Sequence record: PZ445530.1
Length of the DNA stretch: 64,000 nt
Direction: 5' to 3' (one strand)
Origin: a phage
The notes under the pieces: model-generated
What the model was told of the DNA's origin: nothing
The model's database searches: none
Seen by the model: only the letters and a program-made list of their open reading frames with translations
Translations under genes and position numbers: made by a program
Shown here: piece after piece, positions 57,332-64,000 of the stretch
Position numbering within the stretch: position 1 is the first letter of the stretch
Layout of the letters: the number at the start of each line of letters is the position of its first letter

Positions 57332-57865
57332 TTAAAGTTCCATAAAGTTTTCTACAGTTTCAATAAATGCTTTATCAGAGAAAGCGTCAACAGCACCGTT
57401 AAACCATACAGGGATCCCGCGATCCTCATATTGATAAAGGTCGCTACGTGAAATGCCACTTCCATCTGCACTCTGCGAATCATACTTGTTTACAATCAGC
57501 AGTTTTGTGCCTTTACAAGTAGCAGGAAACAATTCCCAGTTAAAATTAATAACTGTGTTAGAACAACCTACCAGGATCACCATATCATTGCTTGTGAGAG
57601 ATGTCAACAGGTCATACATGTCTGTATACTTAGGAGCAACCTCACCGAAGAACACTACATTGGGCTTAACCCAGGTATACTTGCCTGTATCTACCTCCGT
57701 GTATCCGATATTTTTAATTACATCATTACCTTCAGCATCTTCGTAGGTGATTTCAGGCAAATACCCGTGGACATGTAAAATATCTTCATGTTTTACACCA
57801 GCACGCTCCAGCAAATCATCTACATTGGTAGTAAGGTTGATCACACGACCAGACCAGCGGGTCAT
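57332..57865 (-). pseudogene. Sir2-family protein fragment lacking the N-terminal NAD-binding motif
   Basis: Sir2 motifs LTTNVDDLLERAG, HVHG, KPNVVFFGE, LVGCSNTV present; GAGIS region absent; no SD; stop 5 codons upstream in frame. Confidence 0.5.
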
Positions 57866-57920
57866 GGAGTTTGATTCATGTCAAAAACACAGATCTCAGT
57901 ATGATCACAATCTTGACAGT

Positions 57921-58370
57921 ATGAATGCGGGAATCATCGCCGAGTGGAACTCTGTTGTGTCACCTGCAGACACTGTGTTCCACTTGGGAGATATTGCGTG
58001 CACTAATGATAAGAATATCAACAACTTACTTCCAGATATTCTAAATATGTTGAACGGACATATTATTCTTGTTCGTGGCAACCATGACACAAGGACGACT
58101 GTCAGAATTATGAAAGAGTTCGGTCATGAGGTTGTAGATTATTACGAGCTTCGCCACAACAAGAATTTAATCTGTATGAGCCATTACCAGTTTGCAAAGT
58201 GGAACAGAAAGCCTCACGGATCAGTCCAACTGTTCGGTCATGCTCACGGAACCACACAACAGTTGTTTGGCAGGCAGCTTGATGTCGGTTGGGATGTGTG
58301 GGGGAGACTCTTACCATTAGAAGAGGCATACCGTATTGCAATGAGTTTTGATATTGACAGCAGGGAGTAA
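57921..58370 (+). pseudogene. Calcineurin-like metallophosphoesterase lacking N-terminal motif I
   Basis: Motifs II-V present (HLGDIA, GNHD, SHY, GHAHG) but DxH motif I absent; no SD; track N-terminal extension is antisense to Sir2 fragment. Confidence 0.5.
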
Positions 58371-58417
58371 TCCCTGCTATTTTAAAGAAAATTGCCACAC
58401 AAGGAGAATCAGGAGAT

Positions 58418-58768
58418 ATGAAAGATGGGGATAAGCTGCTATATCTTAAAGTCCCCCTTGAAATACTATCTATGTCAAAAGTTTTGAATGACACAACTGG
58501 GGAGGTTGTTGTTCTTGACTTGTATGACAAGATCGTATACTGCTACCTGCACAACTGGTATAAGCTTGGAGGAAATTCACGCTTCACACCAAGCACAAGG
58601 AAAATTGCAGCAGATGTTGGGATAAAGAAAACAAAAGCAGCAGCGTGCGTTAAAACTTTAGAATGTGCAGGAGTGGTTGAAACATCCACACAAGGGAGAG
58701 GTAAAAGATGCACATTTTCCAAAGTTTTGCCACCAGAAGAAGTTATTCGGATGTCAACAACTGGTTAG
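58418..58768 (+). CDS. Putative HTH DNA-binding protein
   Basis: HTH-like TRKIAADVGIKKTKAAACVKTLECAGVV; SD ggagaa; sits next to palindromic array. Confidence 0.4.
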   Translation: MKDGDKLLYLKVPLEILSMSKVLNDTTGEVVVLDLYDKIVYCYLHNWYKLGGNSRFTPSTRKIAADVGIKKTKAAACVKTLECAGVVETSTQGRGKRCTFSKVLPPEEVIRMSTTG

Positions 58769-58843
58769 ACCAGTAAAAACTTAAATATCTGTACTATAAG
58801 GATTCGTATGTTTTATGTTCGCCATGGAACGGATACTATTAAC

Positions 58844-58924
58844 TGTCCGTGATACGGACACTACTGTCCGTCACGCGGACACATCTGCCCGTAATACGGA
58901 CACTAACTGTCCGTGATACGGACA
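58844..58924. promoter_or_regulatory. Array of four tandem 17-bp palindromic operator-like sites
   Basis: tgtccgtgatacggaca (58844-58860, 58908-58924) plus variants tgtccgtcacgcggaca and tgcccgtaatacggaca, 21-22 bp apart. Confidence 0.55.
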
Positions 58925-59429
58925 CATAAAGAATATAACTAAAATAACTAAATAATAAAAAATAAAAGATCTAGTACTTATGGTACTAAGTACATATACT
59001 TAACTTATGTAGAATATACTAGATCCTAAGTACCATGTTTTAAATTTATTACTTACTATGGGCAGTGTCGGCCCTTCATTGGCACTCGCCTACGAGGGGC
59101 GAGATGCCGGGCCTCCTTGGTGCACACAATAACAGAAGTTCATACATGCAGGTCTGTTAACATGTGTGGGAGCGAAGCGATAGCGCAGGCCAAAGGCCGA
59201 GCACTGATGTGGACCACCGACGAAAGCTTGCCAGCGCCGTAAGGAGTCGGTTGAGAGTCTCCCGCGCGAGCTTGGATGAAGTTTATGTGTGGAAACTGAC
59301 AAGAAGGCCCCTAAATCGCTCCACAGCTATATAAACTATACCAGGTAATGCAATCGCACCAGTTTGATAGAAAAGCTCGTTACAAAGCGATACAGTGAGT
59401 TTTTCTATAACTTGAAGAGGGGGGCAGCT

Positions 59430-60008
59430 ATGGGTTCACGCAAAGATGACCGTGAAAAGATTGCAAAACGTTATCAGAATGAAGAACAGATGGAGAAAAC
59501 TTTCAAGTGGAAGCCCGGTTTCCAGCGTAATCATTCTAACGCTCGTGATCGTAAGCATCCGGATAAGTGGCTAACACCGCCAAATGATGGCATGCAGGTT
59601 GGTGATGAGAAGGAGATGTCACCTGGAAAAGATGGCAACTACATTCGCACTAAGGAAGCTGGTCCAAAGGATGACAGCTATCTTGTAGATAAGGTTCTTA
59701 ATGGTATTGATGTAGATGTTGACACTGCACGAAACCTTTTTCTTGGTTGGTATCGTACAGGGTTTTTCGACATCAAGGCTATTCGTCGTGTTTGTGATAT
59801 TAAAAAGTCTGCCTATGATGATGACTCCCTACATCGCACTCTGAGACAATACTCAGAGAGATACGGTCATCCAGTTATCACTCTTGACGATATTAACGAA
59901 GTGATGTATCATGCAGAGGTTGTTGCAGGTAGATTCGGTGATGCATATCTAGATATCCTTTCTGCAAAGGATGAGGTAATGTTAAATAAGATTTACTATG
60001 AACGCTGA
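59430..60008 (+). CDS. hypothetical protein
   Basis: ORF; SD gaagagggggg before ATG 59430. Confidence 0.45.
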   Translation: MGSRKDDREKIAKRYQNEEQMEKTFKWKPGFQRNHSNARDRKHPDKWLTPPNDGMQVGDEKEMSPGKDGNYIRTKEAGPKDDSYLVDKVLNGIDVDVDTARNLFLGWYRTGFFDIKAIRRVCDIKKSAYDDDSLHRTLRQYSERYGHPVITLDDINEVMYHAEVVAGRFGDAYLDILSAKDEVMLNKIYYER

Positions 60009-60018
60009 GGGGTGCTTA

Positions 60019-60207
60019 ATGAACAATCCGGTAGCAAAGAACTGTACTAAGTTTAACAAGTCTGCGATTCACACTGACAGGAAAAAGGGCTGGTCTCCTG
60101 ACATTGACGAGGAGCTTGAGAGTTACTTTGAAGACCTGGTCACTAATGCAGATGAGGTTGCGATTAAAGAATACACAGACAGGCGAGATAAGGCCGGAAT
60201 CTGTTGA
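60019..60207 (+). CDS. hypothetical small protein
   Basis: ORF. Confidence 0.4.
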   Translation: MNNPVAKNCTKFNKSAIHTDRKKGWSPDIDEELESYFEDLVTNADEVAIKEYTDRRDKAGIC

Positions 60208-60283
60208 CAAAAATAATGTTACCTGATAAGATCTGCAATATGATGTGATACAATTTTAACTTACGAGGTCTACAGGTAATGCT

Positions 60284-60526
60284 ATGTTTAAGGTTAAGCT
60301 CGTTTTTCGTTCCATGAATGAGGATTATTTAGAAGATGAAGGTGAATTTCGTGCACTGGATGATGCAATAGATTTTGCCAACGACTTAGCTTGTATGAAT
60401 ACGGGTTATGGGCTATGCTGTTGGGATGGTGGTGTTCAGATCGGTGATAGCAAGATCTTCTACTTCTACCCTGAGCCTGATAACAAACAAATTAAGTATG
60501 TTTTATTTATTTGTGCTTTACAATGA
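60284..60526 (+). CDS. hypothetical protein
   Basis: ORF; SD gaggtc upstream. Confidence 0.45.
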   Translation: MFKVKLVFRSMNEDYLEDEGEFRALDDAIDFANDLACMNTGYGLCCWDGGVQIGDSKIFYFYPEPDNKQIKYVLFICALQ

Positions 60527-60813
60527 GGTTGTTTTCGTGTATCATGATGAATATCCAATTTAAAGATGAATTTGATGGCTTTATCTCCGGATGCTTTGAA
60601 ACAGGGTTCGGAGAAGGCTGAGTTCCCCTTAGAGGGCTTGATAGTGCACCACACTTAAAATGGTAGGGGCAGCCAGCACATGACGATGTGACCCCAGCCA
60701 ACCTGTAATAAGGTCTAGCCAAAGCGCGGTAATGGGCTCTGGTAACCCACTTGTTGGGTCTTGCTGGTCCAGGACGCTGGACAAGTCGCAGGGAATACCA
60801 CCCTGCGGCGAAC

Positions 60814-60842
60814 TTGACAATCAGTATTTGCTATGATAAAAT
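60814..60842 (+). promoter_or_regulatory. sigma70-type promoter
   Basis: ttgaca - 17 nt - taaaat. Confidence 0.55.
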
Positions 60843-60870
60843 CCACCTATCACGTGATAATGGAGGAAAC

Positions 60871-61209
60871 ATGGCGGATACAACTAAAAAGCGTCGCCGT
60901 AGAGGCAGACCTCTGAAAGAGGAGTCCAACGCCATTCAGCTAGAGAAGAACATCCTTGATATGAAGGAATCTTTTATAGCGATGGTTCCAGAAGCTCACA
61001 AAGTTCTAAGAGAGCTGATGTTGGACCCGAAAACCAAACAAAATATTCGTCAAAGCATTGCAGAGTATGTTCTTGATAAGGCAGACCGAATGCAGGAAGA
61101 ATATGATGAGATGTTTGGTGAAGAGGAAGAGGTGGTAGTAGAAGAGGCTGAAAAACCAGCACCTTTTATGCCATTTACCACAGAAATACAACCTGTTAGC
61201 AATAGCTAA
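60871..61209 (+). CDS. Small protein with AT-hook-like motif
   Basis: KKRRRRGRP N-terminus; acidic C-terminal half; SD ggagga before ATG 60871. Confidence 0.5.
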   Translation: MADTTKKRRRRGRPLKEESNAIQLEKNILDMKESFIAMVPEAHKVLRELMLDPKTKQNIRQSIAEYVLDKADRMQEEYDEMFGEEEEVVVEEAEKPAPFMPFTTEIQPVSNS

Positions 61210-61218
61210 AATATTTTC

Positions 61219-61247
61219 TTGACAAACTTTGCTTAACAGTGTAATAT
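61219..61247 (+). promoter_or_regulatory. sigma70-type promoter upstream of tRNA cluster
   Basis: ttgaca - 17 nt - taatat. Confidence 0.55.
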
Positions 61248-61305
61248 TGTAAACATGGTCTCACACCTTTTCTGGCGGCTAAGGTGTAAAAGAAAGCCAC
61301 CCAGT

Positions 61306-61380
61306 GCCCTGTTAGCTTAGTGGATAAAGCAGCGGCCTTCTAAGCCGTTGACACTGGTTCGAGTCCAGTACGGGGTGCCA
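61306..61380 (+). tRNA. tRNA-Arg (anticodon TCT)
   Basis: Cloverleaf by hand: acceptor gccctgt/acggggt, T-loop ttcgagt, anticodon loop cttctaa, encoded CCA. Confidence 0.6.
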
Positions 61381-61384
61381 AATT

Positions 61385-61471
61385 GGGGAGTTATCCCGTA
61401 GAGGTAGCGGTGTAGACTGTAAATCTATTGTCATTACGACTCGGGTGGTTCGACTCCACCACTTCCCACCA
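61385..61471 (+). tRNA. tRNA-Tyr (anticodon GTA), class II long variable arm
   Basis: Acceptor ggggagt/acttccc, anticodon loop ctgtaaa, long variable arm, T-loop ttcgact, CCA. Confidence 0.55.
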
Positions 61472-61585
61472 AATTTATAGTTTTAAATGCATAAATCATA
61501 CAGATAATGGCATTGATATTTATCGTCGTTTATACTAGTCACTAACTGCTCGAAAATCAGTGTCATTATCAGTATTGTTTATAAA

Positions 61586-61676
61586 TGAGGGTAGGGAGCA
61601 ATGGTGCTCAAGCGGTCTTGAAAACCGTCCCGTTGAGGATGACTCGATGATGGTTCGATTCCATTACCCTCAGCCA
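61586..61676 (+). tRNA. tRNA-Ser (anticodon TGA), class II
   Basis: Acceptor tgagggt/accctca, anticodon loop cttgaaa, long variable arm, T-loop ttcgatt, CCA. Confidence 0.5.
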
Positions 61677-61774
61677 TATTGTTGACCTTGTAATTAAGCG
61701 AAAGCCGGAAGCAGAACCGGATTATCAAATGTTACAGTCGTCATCGCCGACTAGCAACATGGTCAACATACTGA

Positions 61775-61871
61775 GCTAGGTAAGCCCTTTGGCAAGGGCG
61801 AGGATTTTTAATCCTGAAAATAGACGAGGTAGTCGTTGAATACATAGGTGGTTCGATTCCATCACCTAGCA
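61775..61871 (+). ncRNA. Aberrant tRNA-like element (97 nt)
   Basis: Acceptor gctaggt/acctagc and T-arm ggtgg-ttcgatt-ccatc are canonical, but anticodon arm folds as aggat-tttta-atcct (5-nt loop) with about 30-nt extra arm. Confidence 0.3.
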
Positions 61872-61879
61872 CCTTTTTT

Positions 61880-61955
61880 GCTGATGTAGCACAATTGGTA
61901 GTGCAATTGATTTGTAATCAATAGGTTGCAGGTTCAAGTCCTGCCATCAGCACCA
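61880..61955 (+). tRNA. tRNA-Thr (anticodon TGT)
   Basis: Acceptor gctgatg/catcagc, anticodon stem attga/tcaat with loop tttgtaa, T-loop ttcaagt, CCA. Confidence 0.6.
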
Positions 61956-61956
61956 T

Positions 61957-62031
61957 GGCCCTGTAGCTGGAAGGTTCAAGCAAGCGACTCATAATCGCCA
62001 GACGGTGGTTCAATTCCACCCAGGGCCACCA
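61957..62031 (+). tRNA. tRNA-Met or Ile2 (anticodon CAT)
   Basis: Acceptor ggccctg/cagggcc, anticodon loop ctcataa, T-loop ttcaatt, CCA. Confidence 0.6.
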
Positions 62032-62043
62032 AATAATAAATAC

Positions 62044-62119
62044 TCCGCGTAGCTCAGCTTGGTAGAGCGCCTGATTTGGGATCAGGAGGTCGAGTGTTCG
62101 AATCACTCCGTGGAGACCA
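62044..62119 (+). tRNA. tRNA-Pro (anticodon TGG)
   Basis: Acceptor ctccgcg/cgtggag, anticodon stem cctga/tcagg with loop tttggga, T-loop ttcgaat, CCA. Confidence 0.6.
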
Positions 62120-62165
62120 CTTTCAGTTATACTTTAAACATATACAAACAAAAGGAACCTTTAAA

Positions 62166-62435
62166 ATGTATACACTTAAAATTGTAGAGCGTGTAAATCC
62201 AACCCATACCGTAGATTTTCGTGACGATTTCAATCCTCTGGCTGTAAATCTTCGAGAGTCATATCATGAACTCAGCTGCGATGCAGTGGTGGTCTTTTTT
62301 GAAGACAACTCTGAAGGGGCGGTAGCTTGTGTTGTTGATAGTGAGCAGAAGTTTTATATTTACAGAGATGTAGATGCATACTTGATGAATGAAAATGCAG
62401 TTACTGTTAGAATCATCCACCGAGTGCCTCGATAA
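62166..62435 (+). CDS. hypothetical protein (89 aa); small terminase subunit is one possibility by position
   Basis: SD aaaaggaa before ATG 62166; lies upstream of spanins and terminase large subunit. Confidence 0.45.
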   Translation: MYTLKIVERVNPTHTVDFRDDFNPLAVNLRESYHELSCDAVVVFFEDNSEGAVACVVDSEQKFYIYRDVDAYLMNENAVTVRIIHRVPR

Positions 62436-62488
62436 GTATTAGTCTCCTTTTAGTTAGTTTCGATCTATTTAGGTTACTCAATTTTAAC

Positions 62489-62523
62489 CCGCCCCGTTAG
62501 CTGTATAGCTGCGGGGTTTTTTC
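62489..62523 (+). terminator. Intrinsic terminator
   Basis: ccccg-ttagctgtatagctg-cgggg hairpin followed by tttttt. Confidence 0.6.
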
Positions 62524-62540
62524 GTTTCTGGAGCCTTAAA

Positions 62541-62939
62541 ATGATTTCAGTTTTAACATGGCTGAGTAGGTATAGAGGGATCATAAAAGGTTTAGTTTTT
62601 GCAGCTGCGCTAGGTACAGCTTATCTTGGAGCCGTATATTGGTTTAACTTTAAGCTTAATGAAGCCTACCAAGAGGGTGTGTCAGCAACAGAGTTAAAGT
62701 GGGAACGGATCCTTGATCAGCAACAAAAGCAGGCCGACAAAATTAAAATGGGCCACGCAGAGGAGGTTAAAAACCTTGAAAAATCCCTTTCTGATCTGCA
62801 GGATAAATTAAATATGGCTGAGAAGGCAGGTAAAGAAAAGCAGATTATCTACCTCCAGTCACCTGAAGGCAAGAAGTCAACACTCCCTGATCAGCTTATA
62901 GATATTTATAATGAGAGTATCAATCAGGAGGATCGATGA
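62541..62939 (+). CDS. i-spanin (Rz-like)
   Basis: N-terminal TM segment IIKGLVFAAALGTAYLGAVYWF then coiled-coil-like periplasmic domain; adjacent to lipoprotein gene. Confidence 0.6.
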   Translation: MISVLTWLSRYRGIIKGLVFAAALGTAYLGAVYWFNFKLNEAYQEGVSATELKWERILDQQQKQADKIKMGHAEEVKNLEKSLSDLQDKLNMAEKAGKEKQIIYLQSPEGKKSTLPDQLIDIYNESINQEDR

Positions 62940-63223
62940 GAGTTGCTACACTGGTTATTGTGTGCTTGTTATTATGTGGGTGTGCAACCAACGTTGAGAG
63001 AGAATACAAGATTGACCCTCCGGATGTAGGAAGGTTGATTGTTAAACCCCCGGAAGGTGCCATGAAACCACCTGCTAAAGCTATGCCTTTGAAGAAAGGT
63101 GCGCCAGATGCAGTGAATTCTGGCATTATGAGGGATAATAATCTGTCTTGTAGCAATGATAGAGCTAAATTGATCATTTTGCAAGACTATATTAGAACAC
63201 TGTTTCCAAAGGAGAGCGGTTAA
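62936..63223 (+). CDS. o-spanin (Rz1-like lipoprotein)
   Basis: Lipoprotein signal with LLLCGCA lipobox-like cysteines; Pro-rich mature part; start overlaps i-spanin stop. Confidence 0.6.
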   Translation: MRVATLVIVCLLLCGCATNVEREYKIDPPDVGRLIVKPPEGAMKPPAKAMPLKKGAPDAVNSGIMRDNNLSCSNDRAKLIILQDYIRTLFPKESG

Positions 63224-63648
63224 TGTCTAAGATTTACGGACCGTGTTCTGAAAAGCAGAAGATGATCCTCGAAAACGATGCAGATATTTTGGTAATCGGC
63301 GGTGCCGCAGGGTCTGGCAAGTCGTTCCTCTTGCAATTGATGCCACTTAAAATTATTGATGACCCCCACAGCTCTGTGGTTATGTTCCGAAGAACAACCC
63401 CGCAGTTGGAAGGTGAGGGTGGACTATGGCCTAAAGCGGTAGCTATTTATAGTGATCTGCCTGAAAACATTAAGCCAAAGTTCAGAGAGAAGGATCATAA
63501 GTTCATTTTTCCACGGTTTGATCCGAACACTGGCAAGTGGGATAGAAGCAAAAAGGGAGCTGTTGTAAAATACTGCCACATGGAGTATGTACAAGATAAG
63601 CTTAACCATCAAGGGCTTGAGTACACCATGGTTTGCTTCGATGAGGGT
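63223..63648 (+). CDS. Terminase large subunit, exon 1 (ATPase N-terminus)
   Basis: Walker A VIGGAAGSGKS; Walker B MVCFDEG at exon end; stop codon lies inside group I intron. Confidence 0.7.
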
Positions 63649-64000
63649 TAATTTGTAGCTCTCGTAAAACCTCCCTAATTGCGGGGAAATCTTTACTATT
63701 AATACCACCAACCTGTCATGGTAACATGATAGAGGCTTCGAAGAGAGATCGAAGGTATGGTAACAGTGTGTTAATTTAGATAATCCGCAGCGAAGCATCC
63801 GAGAGGATGAACGTTCAACGACTAGTCGAAAGACGTAGAATCAAGCGATTCGAAACGGGAGGATAAGCGGTTGTTGTCGCTTATAAGATATAGTCTGGTC
63901 TGCATGGAGACATGCAGCTGCCTGAAAATGGCGGGGCAAGACTAGCGACCTTGCCCGAACATAAACGACACAATTCGAATGGGAGCAGATAGACTATCTG
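63649..64000 (+). mobile_element. Group I intron interrupting terminase large subunit (3' end beyond window)
   Basis: P aattgcggggaaa 63677-63689, Q taatccgcagcgaag 63781-63795 (identical 15-mer to pol intron), R gttcaacgacta 63813-63824, S aagatatagtc 63885-63895; no long ORF inside. Confidence 0.65.

Noticed and set aside
57747-57920. N-terminal extension of the phosphoesterase ORF as given in the track
   Set aside because: This stretch is antisense to the Sir2-like coding sequence, lacks phosphoesterase motif I and has no SD; it is probably read-through frame, not real protein.
58844-58924. Possible CRISPR array (four evenly spaced repeats)
   Set aside because: The repeats are 17-bp palindromes only 21 bp apart with no spacer-sized unique inserts and no cas genes nearby; this is an operator-type array, not CRISPR.
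59090-59302. 70-aa minus-strand ORF in the GC-rich island
   Set aside because: No SD, lies within a structured non-coding-looking segment, and is opposite to local transcription; GC richness inflates ORF length.
60751-60870. Upstream extension of the AT-hook protein ORF
   Set aside because: A near-consensus promoter (60814-60842) lies inside the extension and a good SD precedes ATG 60871; the extension is 5' leader, not coding.
61306-62119. tRNA cluster as a prophage attachment site or integration module
   Set aside because: No integrase, recombinase or att-like duplication nearby; the tRNAs are a promoter-led cluster typical of lytic phages.

Overview
This window reads as a segment of a large lytic dsDNA phage genome; the host is probably a Gram-negative enterobacterium, inferred from a lambda R-like endolysin, Rz/Rz1-type spanins and sigma70-consensus promoters. 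All calls are from reading the sequence and the ORF track; no searches were run. Layout: (1) 1-12.7 kb, plus-strand replication/early block: DnaB-like helicase (5' cut by window edge), a family A DNA polymerase split by a group I intron carrying an HNH homing endonuclease, many small ORFs, an SSB-like protein and a macro-domain protein. (2) 12.7-13.7 kb, iteron-rich non-coding region with two Fur-box-like motifs. (3) 13.7-22.5 kb, about 25 small plus-strand genes, each behind its own near-consensus promoter, often with a GC-rich 5'-UTR hairpin and CA-rich leader; three near-identical hairpin-embedded promoter units. (4) 22.5-24.9 kb, repeat-rich non-coding region where plus and minus transcription converge. 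(5) 24.9-57.9 kb, minus-strand block: a family of small acidic proteins, two N6-adenine methyltransferases, ClpP-like protease, PhoH, nrdG/nrdD/nrdH/nrdB/nrdA, ThyX, HAD nucleotidase, dNMP kinase, DEDD exonuclease, Endo VII, RuvC-like protein, flap endonuclease, HNH endonucleases, endolysin, ATP-dependent ligase, and a Sir2-like fragment. (6) 57.9-64 kb, plus-strand: truncated metallophosphoesterase, HTH protein followed by four tandem palindromic operator-like sites, six tRNAs plus one aberrant tRNA-like element, spanin pair, and terminase large subunit exon 1 interrupted by a second group I intron that runs off the window. Most interesting: the two related group I introns, the modular promoter-hairpin early-gene cassettes, the palindromic operator array, and a head-to-head junction where a Sir2-family gene and a metallophosphoesterase gene both lack their N-terminal catalytic motifs.
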